Notes under the pieces: generated by a model
What the model saw: the letters and a program-made list of their open reading frames with translations, nothing else
Database searches by the model: none
Told to the model about the DNA's origin: nothing
Origin: Tubiluchus corallicola
Lineage: Eukaryota > Animalia > Priapulida
Length of the DNA stretch: 59,658 nucleotides
Direction: 5' to 3'
Assembly (NCBI GenBank): GCA_030141605.1
Contig: JAQGDQ010001144.1
Span: 1 to 59,658, forward strand
In this document: in pieces, positions 39,416-51,733 of the stretch
Position numbering within the stretch: position 1 is the stretch's first letter
Layout of the letters: every line of letters starts with the position of its first letter
Made by a program: the position numbers and the translations under genes

Positions 39416-39692
39416 ACCAGTGCAGCATGCTCACTGACTCTGACAGCTCCTGCAGCCAACCTGGTGCCAATGTATCGCTCCGCTTTCCTTTGGACTACAC
39501 CAGGGAGGAAGAGAGGGGGTTCCTGTTGTCTGGGCAACTCAGGATCTCCATACACCTTGCCCAGGCGTGCGCCCTGGAGACCCTTCAAGGATCGCACTGC
39601 TCAGCCACAGTCGATGCTGCAGCTCCATCAATGTGATCAATAACTGACTCTCTTGGCGCACACTCCATTGTCTTCCGAGACAGAAGGATGCC
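39416..39692 (+). mobile_element. Short non-autonomous retroposon, probably RTE-derived (copy B, 5'-truncated)
   Basis: Reverse complement of 22411-22699; possible TSD ATTTTGTAAAAT/ATTTTTTAAAAT. Confidence 0.6.
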
Positions 39693-40099
39693 ATAATTTT
39701 TTAAAATCATACGTGCAGAATTAACATTCACATTTGGTTCTAGGTGGCAATACACCTTTTCTCAACTGGTATTATAAAAGCCATCACAAGAGAGCAAATT
39801 AATAACCTTCAGTTATGACAATTAATTGTCATTCTTCAGTTGCAATGGTAGAAAGGATGTCAGCCACACGTTCAAAGCTTCTCATTTCAACATTCATTCC
39901 ACTAGCCAACTCATAACTTTGGAAACTGACCAGTTTTACTGTAAACTGCAATGTCGTAAGATTTGTACGTTTTCTAGAAATTTAGAATGCTATTATTATT
40001 TTATTATTCCATGTGTTTCTTTGAATAGGCTCATCATAGACAACATATCCAGTTATTGGGTATTTCAGTCATCAATTAAAATTCTGTTTAGACTTCAGA

Positions 40100-40650
40100 G
40101 TAAGTAAGTAGCTAGGAAGGTAGGTAGGCAAGTAAGTAGGTAGGTATGTAGGTAGGTAGGTTGGAAGGTAAGTAGGTAGGTACGTAGGTAAGTAGGGAGG
40201 TAGGGAGGTAGGTAGTTAGGTAGGTAGGTAGGTAGGTAGGTAGGTTTGAAGGTAAGTAGGTAGGAACGTAGGTAAGTAGGGAGGTAGGTAGGTAGGCAAG
40301 TAAGTAGGTAGGTAGTTAGGTAGGTAGGTAGTTAGGTAGGTAGGTAGTTAGGTAGGTAAGTAAAGAAAGGAAGCAAAGAAGGAAGGAAGGATGGATGGAA
40401 GGAAGGAAGGATGGATGGATGGATGGATGGGTGGATGGATGGATGGATGGATGGATGGATGGATGGATGGATGGATGGATGGATGGATGGAACGGAGGAA
40501 GGAAAGAAGGAAGGAAGGATGGATGGAAGGAAGGAAGGATGGATGGATGGATGGATGGATGGGTGGATGGATGGATGGATGGATGGATGGATGGATGAAT
40601 GGATGGATGGATGGATGGATGGATGGATGGATAGAACGGAGGAAGGAAAG
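40100..40650. repeat. Compound GTAG/GGAA/GGAT tetranucleotide microsatellite
   Basis: Direct observation. Confidence 0.93.
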
Positions 40651-41629
40651 AGGACCTGTCATTTGATATGCCACAAGCGAGTTTCGGTCGCCACTGTAAG
40701 ACATTTGTCTTTGTGACCCTAGTGACCCTATCTTGCCCCTAGTGAGGCCCGAGATCAACGAATCTTGGCATGACTTTACCGTTCAATTTGGCGCGTTGGG
40801 TCCTCCCATTTGATGTACTTCAAAATGCTATTCTTCAAGGCTAGAAAAACACGCCTACTCGTCCATTTTAGTTTTTAGCACCTAACGGGAAAACTGAAAA
40901 AAAACTGAAAGCCACATAGAAGCAGATACGAAGGAGCGCCAGTTGCCCTAATTTTCACATTTTGGCTCCTATCTCGGGCTCTTTAGGAGTCACATCAACC
41001 AACGTAACAAGCCTTAACACCCGTGGAAAAATTGGAAGAAGTAGAATCCATGGGAAAAGATGATTGTGGAGTAATTGAAAAACGTCCACTTCCTCTGACC
41101 TCAGCGAGTTTCTAATGGTTCCACATGGCGACTTCAGAGCACCTGACGGTCATCGAGGGAGTTTACAAGCTTTATATAGCGTTGCTGCTAACGCAAGCTC
41201 TGTATGTAATAAGAAGGTGCACGTGTAAGTCTTATAAATTTTCGGGACGAATTTTTAAGCTTTATTTGTGTGTTTTCTAATCCATTTAGCGTTAATGGTT
41301 CTGCGTCGCAAGAGTCGTAAGAGCATTGAGAGGAGCAAAACCTCTCTCCTCTCTTGCTTCTCTTCAGTCAAGCCAATTAAATTATTGGTCTATAAATAAA
41401 GGAAAAGTTAACTGCAAAAAATGGATGACGAGTGTCATTTTGCAACCGCATCAATAATTTCAGCTCTGATTCAGAGAAACAGACGACAAAAAACTAATAA
41501 CAGATTGTATTGAAGTTTTACAGTGTGCTAGCTTCAGTATTCGGTTCAGTTTATCATACAATCAGACATGCACTAAAGGGTGTTATAATTTTAATGACAA
41601 TAACAGTAATAGAAAGGTAATGACATATT

Positions 41630-42024
41630 AATAACAGCGACAACAACAGCAGCAGCAGCAACAGCAACAACAAGAACAACAACAACAACAACAATAATAA
41701 TAATAATAACAGCAACAACAACTGCAGCAGCAACAACAGCAATAACAACAACAACAGTAACAGCAACAACAACAGCAGCAGCAGCAGCAACAATAACAAC
41801 AACAATAATAATAATAATAACAGCAACAACAACTCCAACAGCAATAACAACAACAACAGTAACAGCAACAACAACAACAGCAGCAACAGCAACAACAACA
41901 AAAACAGCAGCAGCAGCAGCAGTAACAACAACAACAGCGACAATAACAAAAACAATGGCAACAACAAAAGCAGCGATAGCAACAACAAAAACAACAACAA
42001 CAACAGCAATAACAACAGCAACAA
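41630..42024. repeat. (CAA/CAG/TAA)n microsatellite
   Basis: Direct observation. Confidence 0.92.
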
Positions 42025-42787
42025 TTTATGTTATAATTGTGATCTCAACAAAAAATTTAAAATTCATATAAATAAGAAGCAAGATTAAATTTATCTATAC
42101 GATCAGTCATTTTATTACATTTAGTTATTTTATTACATATACAAAACAATCGCAAAAAATATGCAGTAATATAATACTACTGAGATGATCTAATTATTAC
42201 TACGTAATGCAGACTTGATAATACTGCTAAATGTGTGAATCATTGAATATACTAATAACGCTGAAATGTAGCTACTTAGAGACTAAAAAAATAACAAATT
42301 CAGCATTATACTGAATTTATTACATATATGAGTTACGCAAAAAACACATAACATTTATCATATGTATGCGTAACACACATGTTGCATGCTATGTTCGCAA
42401 CAACCTGTCTGCAACAAAGTTTTCTTTCAGAGACCGTCTATAGTCTCTTCAATTGCACACAGTTCTAACAAAATACTTAGTAATTAGCATCTTCTTACTC
42501 AAAGAGTAGAAAACGCACTCAGTTTTCGTAGCATCAACTTCTTTCTCACACGATATGGAAAGGCACTACACATAGAACGCCTCCAGCCTCAAAGAGAACG
42601 TCCAGTGCTGTCAACGATGCGACATCAGTGTTCAAAGAGTGTGCAGTAAGTTCCAAGTTCATTCTACCCTTTGTAAAAATGCCATAGCAAGCTGCCACAG
42701 GCTCATCAAGAACAGTGGCAGAATTTTCAGAATTCCAAAATTTCGAAAATGATCTTAGGCCCAAACATTAATGTTACTGAAATAGCA

Positions 42788-43792
42788 TTAATGGGTGCTA
42801 ACTAATTCTCCACCCCAGTGATGTTCGACACGGTTTCTTCTACACAAGAATTTGTAAATGGTCAACCGTAATTCTTTCACCTTCCAGAAGTACAATACAG
42901 AATTGATCAAAGCGTTGACATTTAGTAATATGAAAATTACGTATCTGAGCGATAAATGAACGACTACAATATGCAGTCTATGCAAAAGTAAATTTACATA
43001 CATTGGAGACAGGCAAATGATAGATGTACCTGTAATTAAATATATGGGTAGTGCTGTTCGAAATCGCTGTTTCATATCCAGGTAATTTTGCTCTCTAGCC
43101 GTGTTCTGTGTCACTAATTTCAGTTTGTGACGTAATACTATTTGTGCAATTTTAGCATAAGCTACTGTGTTTGCTACTATAAGCAGTAAAAAGTTCACAA
43201 AAATCCAGTACATGTGTCCAACGTGAGTAACTTCATCTATTGAACATATGCCAGTTTTTTCATCGGGTGCAGTCAGAGGGCCAGTCGAGCTTGTTGTGGC
43301 AAGTACAAAAGCGTACAACCATGTAAAAGACAGGATGATGGTTATGCGTCGGTTGTCGAAAATCATTGTGTATCGAAGTGGATAGACCACAGCCACAAAT
43401 CTGTCTATCGTCACCAAAATCTGGCACACCACGGAGGCTGTCATCAGGATCACGAAAATGAAGGTATTCAAAATGCAAAGGGGAAGTGTCATCTGCAGCT
43501 TCAGTAATCGTTGATTGGCTCTCCAAAGAGAAAGCATAGCAAACGATGCCTCGCACACTGCTAGATTTGCCACAATGATATTCGGCGGTGTTCGTAGGGA
43601 ACGCACAACGGCTACGGCAATGGTAACTAAACTACACAGAATTACGACGACGAAGTCAAAAACCAAAAGTGTTATAAAAAACAGCAGTTCGGAGTTGGTG
43701 ATTTCTACTCCTGAAGTGGAATTGCTAAAGTTGCTAAGCCCGATAGAAGCTGTTAAATTTTTGTTAAAATCGACTAAACGATTGTCAATCAT
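42788..43792 (-). CDS. Intronless rhodopsin-like (class A) orphan GPCR, 334 aa (paralogue 2)
   Basis: Intact ATG-to-stop ORF with the same 7TM motifs; about 11 amino-acid differences from paralogue 1 after mid-TM1. Confidence 0.93.
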   Translation of the reverse strand: MIDNRLVDFNKNLTASIGLSNFSNSTSGVEITNSELLFFITLLVFDFVVVILCSLVTIAVAVVRSLRTPPNIIVANLAVCEASFAMLSLWRANQRLLKLQMTLPLCILNTFIFVILMTASVVCQILVTIDRFVAVVYPLRYTMIFDNRRITIILSFTWLYAFVLATTSSTGPLTAPDEKTGICSIDEVTHVGHMYWIFVNFLLLIVANTVAYAKIAQIVLRHKLKLVTQNTAREQNYLDMKQRFRTALPIYLITGTSIICLSPMYVNLLLHRLHIVVVHLSLRYVIFILLNVNALINSVLYFWKVKELRLTIYKFLCRRNRVEHHWGGELVSTH

Positions 43793-44197
43793 GTTTCAGT
43801 AAGGACGAAATAGAACCTCTTGAAGACGTCGATATAAGAAAGCTGACAGAAAATGAGAGGAAAATTCCCCCTTCCTGCATTTTATATCCGCATGCGCAAT
43901 CGCTGAATGCACGCAGCATGTTGACGGGACTGAAAAGAGCTTTACAGACAATCTTGAATTCTGTCAAAGGAAAAACTAATCTCGTCTGAACGTTGGGATA
44001 ATGAAGTAACTAGTCAGTCGTATGTAAGCCACAATAAATGATAAAAATCCCATCACTGTGGGCATTTAACCCTTTCGGTCCCAAATTATTTTTTTAATAA
44101 GAAAATTTTTTTTGGCTTGGTACTTTTGTTCAGTATGTCCATCTTGTTTACTCATAATAATTATTTTTTTCTACCTGTGCCCGCGTGCTAAATATGG

Positions 44198-46484
44198 TGT
44201 GGTGAATAAATTTATAAATCGATGATTTTCGATATTTTGGTATAAGGTTGCCTGCCTCCCTGATTGCATGAATAAATTTACAGATCGTGCGATAAGGAAC
44301 TCACTCAGCTGAAAAGCCCGGATTTAATGAACTGTAAACAGCGTAGGATGTCAGAACTAAGAATAGCGTTTACGTCAGGACACTCTAAGATGCTTAAGAT
44401 AATTAGCTAACATTAAGTCGAGACGGATGTACCGTTCATAATGAGCGTTATGCACAGATTGCTAGTAATTAACAAAACTCTGCGAGGTCGTTGTTTTTTG
44501 AAGAAAGAACACGGATACGTTTTACGGGCGTATAATGACTGCGTCTTCAAAACTTGTCCCATAAATTTTGTTGCTTCATACGACGCAGAATTGTGCAAGG
44601 TTACTGCAAGGTTACCTCAATGAAATATAAGCCCCGGGTTCGAATAACCCAGCGCTCGTTCCACCCGATCGTATTGGAGGAGACACGTGCTGTGTGTACG
44701 GTAAAACACACAGAAGGCGATTCGATCAACAAGACAACTCCTGAAGTTCAGCGTAGACATCTTTCTGCGTTCCTAGGATAATCTGGGCACTGAGCCGACG
44801 AGAAATCTTGTATCAGCTATCGGAATTGACCAAATTGTATTATACATTGGGTCAACTCCGCAGAGTTAAGTACTCTTAACATATTGGTAAAACTGAGAAT
44901 TAACTGTGCATATCGTTAGTAGTTCTTATAAGTTCACATTGTACTATAGTGAGAATAAGTGTAAGAGATTAACAAGAGGAATGGGCGCCTCGAGTGTTAG
45001 TCTCTAACAGGAGGCAGTGGGTCCGCAAGGATCCTAGGCAGTTTTATCGTTTTCTGCTGAGGAAGGGCGAATTAACGTCCTACTGTGGTACCTTCTAGTC
45101 GGCGTATGTGTCGTACTGTTCACAACTGCAGCAAACTATTGTAAAGAGTTAGATTCCGGCACGGGGATGCCGAGGTAAAGAGTTAGATTCCGGCACGGGG
45201 ATGCCGAGGTAAAGAGTTAGATTCCGGCACGGGGATGCCGAGGTAAAGAGTTAGATTCCGGCACGGGGATGCCGAGGTAATAATAGTAATTAGGGCAATG
45301 GAATGCCGAGATGAATTAAGATGGCGAGGAATATGCCACGACATGCACAGGGTGCATTGTAAGTGAATATTGACAGGTGGAAGGTCAATTGGGAAGCTGG
45401 TGGCTCAGGCAGACAAAGTACTGGTACTGCCACAGAGTCAGCTAATGTAAGCCTGCAGTTGTGGAATAAGTGGTACATACGTGGTACGAGGATGACAGTC
45501 CTCACCTAGCTAGGTGAAGTGTGAATTTTGCTTCTTTTATAGCACTTCTCTAGTGAACAGGCTAGGCTGGTGAAAACGGTCAAAGTTCATAGAGGGATAG
45601 CAAGGTTTCCTATGGATCAGACCGTCGGTTGCCTCTGGGCGTGAGCCCTTTGGTCCCTATAAGGGATGGGGTGGTTTGCTATGCTAGTGAACTGCAAGCA
45701 GGTCATCTTCGTGATCGCTATCGACTGGGTCACCGGCCGGTAGTCTCACTGATTTGGGGCAGTGAGATTGCTCAATGTACAGTCAGGCCTTAGCAAGCCG
45801 AATTGTGAACAGGTGAGCTAAGTCTCTGTGATCGACTGAAGCTGAAAAGGTTAAGTCGGGAAGCAGAGAACACAGTGGCACGTAGAGATGCACTGTGTGG
45901 AAAGGGGTCCAGCCCGGGTGCGTCCCATACAGGGGAGCCCAAAGGACCAAAAGCGACACCTTAGGTGATAGGAATTAGGAATTGGAGAATTGTTCAGAGA
46001 GGTACTTTTGAGAAGCTAACAAAATAATTGTGAGCGTCAAAAGCGCTTAAGGACTAAATCTTGTAAGATATACTTAAGCAGTAATTATTGTAAATCAATA
46101 AAACAATTCTCTTGGACATTTAACAATTGAGTTAATGTATATTATCAGTGTTTAACTCAAGCAACACTATTTCCGATATACGAATCTGATTAGTTCGCTT
46201 TGTATTAACTATCGTCCATATTGCGGGGACATAGCTAGGAAACTTGAGAGATATAGACCTTTCTCACAACGCGAAGGTCAAGGTGAAGTTTAGATAAGAC
46301 GATCATTGCTTACTAGACTGATATCCAAAGCTCTCGGAGTCAGGTGAAGGATTCACCTTATAGCATTTAGGAGTTAAGCGAACATATTAAAATTCAATCT
46401 ATACGATACATAGATTTAAGTCACCTTACACTATACGATCTAGATTAACAGAAACATTAGGCATTTGAATTTTAGAAGGTGATA
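44198..46484. mobile_element. Probable large solo LTR (Gypsy-like), 2287 bp
   Basis: 4-bp TSD ATGG (44194-44197, 46485-46488); termini TGTGGTG...GGTGATA (one change from TG...CA); no long ORF. Confidence 0.7.
45141..45281. repeat. 34-bp tandem repeat, 4 copies, each with a GC hairpin
   Basis: GTAAAGAGTTAGATTCCGGCACGGGGATGCCGAG; CGGCA/TGCCG stem. Confidence 0.9.
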
Positions 46485-47316
46485 ATGGCCTGTATCCCAC
46501 GGGATACATTGGGATTCAATGGAAGCATGAAATGTGCTTCATTTTGCAACTGCTGATAATTTTTAAAAGTATCTAAGACATTTAGTATGCATGCTATGCT
46601 GATCTGTACAAAGTCGTCTCTAAAGTACTGTACCTTGAGCAGTTTTTATGCTACGTAGATTTTCTAGTTTGCCATTTTATCACCATTTTAAGCTATTGTT
46701 AATGGCTTAAATCAAAACAACTATTAATAGATCAAATAACTTTCAGTTTTAAAATTTTGTTAATTTTAAAGGCAGAAAATATTCTCGTATCCCACGGGTT
46801 ACAACGGGTATGAAAGGGTTAAAGCTTCTTCATTGTGACACCTTGACAATTTAATTAGAGATAATTAATTAGAGTAAACTGCACACCTGATGACAACGAT
46901 AATCCACATTTCTAGACGATGCCATATGATTATGCGAATTGCTGCAGACAAACACGAATCTCAACACTAATTTAATGATCACAGACTAACCGTAGACTGT
47001 GCTGCTTAGACAGGTGTGCTGCAAAACGTGTGGGCGGCGTAGGTTTGCGAACCTCATGAACTAACACGTAACATTGGGTTCTTTTAATAATACTAAGACC
47101 AAATCCTATTTTAAACTATTATGTTCAGATGATGAAGAATGATGAAGACCCAAATTACCAAATTATAAATTGCTACTCAATCAACCAGATACACTAACCA
47201 ACCAGCTAACGAGATTAACAAAGCTGACAACTAAAACAACCAATGAAATCGACGGTGTGTATGTGCATTATTAATTTGTTTTAGTAAGGTTAATAGGACC
47301 AATCGAGAGTTTTACT

Positions 47317-47760
47317 GGATCATACGAGTTTTATGACAAGAACTCGGAACGAACTCTGTAATCAAACAAGCAATTTTACTTTGGAATTCTCTACCATTAC
47401 AGGTTAAACAAATCAAGTCCCTATCAGCATTTAAAACAAAATTAAAATCACTAATATTAACCAGATATGAAATACCATCACACCAGTACGACAACATACA
47501 CACTAATTCCGAATTCATATACCCACGGCCATATTAATTAAATCATAGTTTTTTTTATATTTTTCTGTGTATAGTTGTAAATATGTTTGATTTTATTCGT
47601 CATTACTGCACAGTAGTTTAGATTGCACTGACGCATTTGCCTTCAGCAGTGTAAGTTTTTATTAACTAACACTGATTGATTATCTCTATAAAGTTTTTAT
47701 CAGTGATTATCAATGTTTTTAATGGCAAATAAAGATTATTATATATATATATATATATAA
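47317..47760 (+). mobile_element. CR1/L2/Crack-type LINE 3' remnant
   Basis: GTNSVIKQAILLWNSLPLQVKQIKSLSAFKTKLKSLIL followed by a 3' UTR ending GGCAAATAAAGATTATTA(TA)n. Confidence 0.75.
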
Positions 47761-48682
47761 TTATGCGACGGTCTAATTGTACAAATAATTTCTATTATGA
47801 ACATAAACATCAGAATTCAATTGTTTTGTCCCGCCATTAATCAACTAAATTGATTAATGCTAGGCTCAACAACAGGTCGTAATTACGTAATTAAAAACGA
47901 TATTCAATTATTCAAGAACATTCATTGTACAATAATTCCTGATATGACAGGTTACTTTTGCCAAGTTTTCATTCACATTATTACTTCATCTCTTATTCTC
48001 TTCCTGCTTTTCTTAAGAGGACTAGAGCCTCAGTAATCACTTATTCTAAAAAAATAGTAATCGCTTTACGTAAAGACTTAATTAACAAAATATTATTCGC
48101 ACTAGGACTCTTCTTGGCAATTTTCGTAGAATTCACGGTAAGCTTGTAAAGCATCATTGGTCTAACTGCGTTGTATCGCATTTCTTTCCTTGATACAGCG
48201 TGGCGATTTAAAGGGACAAAACTGGGTCATCTCCATCCAGGTATGCTTCGACGGGGTATAACACGTGTCGACGGGGTTTCTCTAAATCAGCTGATCAAGT
48301 AAACATTGAAATTCGTGATTTTTTCCTGTTCATTCTCTCTAACCTTTTACTAGGTTTTGAACGAATGTTCCTTTTGTTCTTCTCACGCTTCTTACAAACG
48401 CCATTGTTAGGTTTATGTCCGTAATGAATTCCCAAACATTTATAGTTAGATAACTGTATAAAATGATTTCTCTTGAAAGATCCTTTTTTGCGAGCGTGGT
48501 TGTAGTACTCTTGGAAAGGTTAAAGTTCTTTCTTACTTTGCAACTCCATTCTCTGGTTTGTAGCTTGATAATAAGACATTCGCGGGTTTTACTTCTTGTT
48601 TTAAGCATCATGTCTACTATTACAGCAACGACAGAATTTATAGATCTCTCAAGGTAAACCGAGGTAAGTCGTCATAATTGTC

Positions 48683-48892
48683 TACATCAATGGCTCCCCT
48701 CTCCATAGGTGCTCCTACACGATATTGTTGTAAGGGCGCCTGCGGTTTACGCTGCGGTCCTTTCTTACGACAGCAAACTTCGCATGATCGTACAAAAAGT
48801 TCTACATCTCTATTCACACGTGGCCAAAAGTAGCGGTATCGAGCGCGTTCTGTCGTCTTATTTATACCGTAATGTCCAGCGGTCGGATTGAG
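48683..48892 (-). mobile_element. Ty3/Gypsy integrase fragment (H2C2 zinc-binding domain to start of core)
   Basis: My translation: LNPTAGHYGINKTTERARYRYFWPRVNRDVELFVRSCEVCCRKKGPQRKPQAPLQQYRVGAPMERGAIDV; the DDE core is missing downstream. Confidence 0.88.
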
Positions 48893-48910
48893 TCAACTTA
48901 CTACAAAAGG

Positions 48911-51733
48911 GCAAGGTATGGTGACTTGACAACCAGCTCATACTGCAAAAGTGCAAGGTATGGTGACTTGACAACCTGCTGATACTGCAAAGGTGCAAGG
49001 TATGGTGACTTGACAACCAGCTCATACTGCAAAGGTGCAAGGTATGGTGACTTGACAACCAGCTCATACTGCAAAGGTGCAAGGTATGGTGACTTGACAA
49101 CCAGCTCATACTGCAAAAGTGCAAGGTATGGTGACTTGACAACCTGCTGATACTGCAAAAGTGCAAGGTATGGTGACTTGACAACCTGCTCATACTGCAA
49201 AGGTGCAAGGTATGGTGACTTGACAACCAACTCATACTGCAAAGGTGCAAGGTATGGTGACTTGACAACCAGCTCATACTGCAAAGGTGCAAGGTATGGT
49301 GACTTGACAACCAGCTCATACTGCAAAAGTGCAAGGTATGGTGACTTGACAACCAGCTCATACTGCAAAAGTGCAAGGTATGGTGACTTGACAACCAGCT
49401 CATACTGCAAAAGTGCAAGGTATGGTGACTTGACAACCAGCTCATACTGCAAAAGTGCAAGGTATGGTGACTTGACAACCAGCTCATACTGCAAAGGTGC
49501 AAGGTATGGAGACTTGACAACCAGCTCATACTGCAAAAGTGCAAGGTATGGTGACTTGACAACCTGCTGATACTGCAAAGGTGCAAGATATGGTGACTTG
49601 ACAACCTGCTCATACTGCAAAAGTGCAAGGCAAGGTGACTTGACAACCAGCTCATACTGCAAAAGTGCAAGGTATGGTGACTTGACAACCAGCTCATACT
49701 GCAAAGGTGCAAGGTAAGGTGACTTGACAACCTGCTCATACTGCAAAGGTGCAAGGTATGGAGACTTGACAACCAGCTCATACTGCAAAAGTGCAAGGTA
49801 TGGTGACTTGACAACCAGCTCATACTGCAAAGGTGCAAGGTAAGGTGACTTGACAACCTGCTCATACTGCAAAGGTGCAAGGTATGGAGACTTGACAACC
49901 AGCTCATACTGCAAAAGTGCAAGGTATGGTGACTTGACAACCTGCTGATACTGCAAAGGTGCAAGATATGGTGACTTGACAGCCTGCTCATACTGCAAAG
50001 GTGCAAAGTATGGTGACTCGACAGCTGGCTCATACTGCAAAGGTGCAATGTATGGAGACTTGACAACCAGCTCATACTGCAAAAGTGCAAGGTATGGTGA
50101 CTTGACAACCAGCTCATACTGCAAAAGTGCAAGGTATGGTGACTCGACAACCAACTCATACTGCAAAAGTGCAAGGTATGGTGACTTGACAACCAGCTCA
50201 TACTGCAAAAGTGCAAGGTATGGAGACTTGACAACCAGCTCATACTGCAAAAGTGCAAGGTAAGGTGACTTGACAACCAGCTCATACTACAAAAGTGCAA
50301 GGTATGGTGACTTGACAACCAGCTCATACTGCAAAAGTGCAAGGTATGGTGACTTGACAACCAGCTCATACTGCAAAGGTGCAAGGTATGGAGACTTGAC
50401 AACCAGCTCATACTGCAAAAGTGCAAGGTATGGTGACTTGACAACCAGCTCATACTGCAAAGGTGCAAGGTATGAAGACTTGACAACCAGCTCATACTGC
50501 AAAAGTGCAAGGTATGGTGACTTGACAACCTGCTGATACTGCAAAGGTGCAAGATATGGTGACTTGACAACCTGCTGATACTGCAAAATGTGCTAGGTAA
50601 GGTGACTTGACAACCAGCTTATACTGCAAAAGTGCAGGGTATGGTGACTTGACAACCAGCTCATACTGCAAAGGTGCAAGGTAAGGTGACTTGACAACCT
50701 GCTCATACTGCAAAGGTGCAAGGTATGGAGACTTGACAACCAGCTCATACTGCAAAAGTGCAAGGTATGGTGACTTGACAACCTGCTCATACTGCAAAGG
50801 TGCAAGATATGGTGACTTGACAACCTGCTGATACTGCAAAGGTGCAAGATATGGTGACTTGACAACCTGCTCATACTGCAAAGGTGCATGGTATGGTGAC
50901 TTGACAGCCTGCTCATACTGCAAAGGTGCAAAGTATGGTGACTCGACAACTGGCTCATACTGCAAAGGTGCAATGTATGGAGACTTGACAACCAGCTCAT
51001 ACTGCAAAAGTGCAAGGTATGGTGACTTGACAACCAGCTCATACTGCAAAAGTGCAAGGTATGGTGACACGACAACCAGCTCATACTGCAAAAGTGCAAG
51101 GTATGGAGACTTGACAACCAGCTCATACTGCAAAAGTGCAAGGTATGGTGACTTGACAACCTGCTCATACTGCAAAGGTGCAAGATATGGTGACTTGACA
51201 ACCTGCTGATACTGCAAAGGTGCAAGATATGGTGACTTGACAACCTGCTCATACTGCAAAGGTGCATGGTATGGTGACTTGACAGCCTGCTCATACTGCA
51301 AAGGTGCAAAGTATGGTGACTCGACAACTGGCTCATACTGCAAAGGTGCAATGTATGGAGACTTGACAACCAGCTCATACTGCAAAAGTGCAAGGTATGG
51401 TGACTCGACAACCAGCTCATACTGCAAAAGTGCAAGATATGGTGACTTGACAACCTGCTCATACTGCAAAGGTGCATGGTATGGTGACTTGACAGCCTGC
51501 TCATACTGCAAAGGTGCAATGTATGGAGACTTGACAACCAGCTCATACTGCAAAAGTGCAAGGTATGGTGACTTGACAACCAGCTCGTACTGCAAAAGTG
51601 CAAGGTATGGTGACTCGACAACCAGCTCATACTGCAAAAGTGCAAGGTATGGTGACTTGACAACCAGCTCATACTGCAAAAGTGCAAGGTATGGAGACTT
51701 GACAACCAGCTCATACTGCAAAAGTGCAAGGTA
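48911..51733. repeat. 42-bp minisatellite, ~67 copies, with higher-order structure
   Basis: Unit GCAAGGTATGGTGACTTGACAACCAGCTCATACTGCAAAAGT; variant series recurs at 50859 and 51237 (378 bp = 9 units). Confidence 0.97.

Larger units (their letters stand above)
44070..46818 (-). mobile_element. piggyBac-type MITE, copy 3, split by a nested 2.3-kb insertion
   Basis: TTAA|CCCTTTC at 44070 and GAAAGGG|TTAA at 46818; 44070-44197 plus 46489-46818 reconstitute the reverse complement of 58358-58817. Confidence 0.9.
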
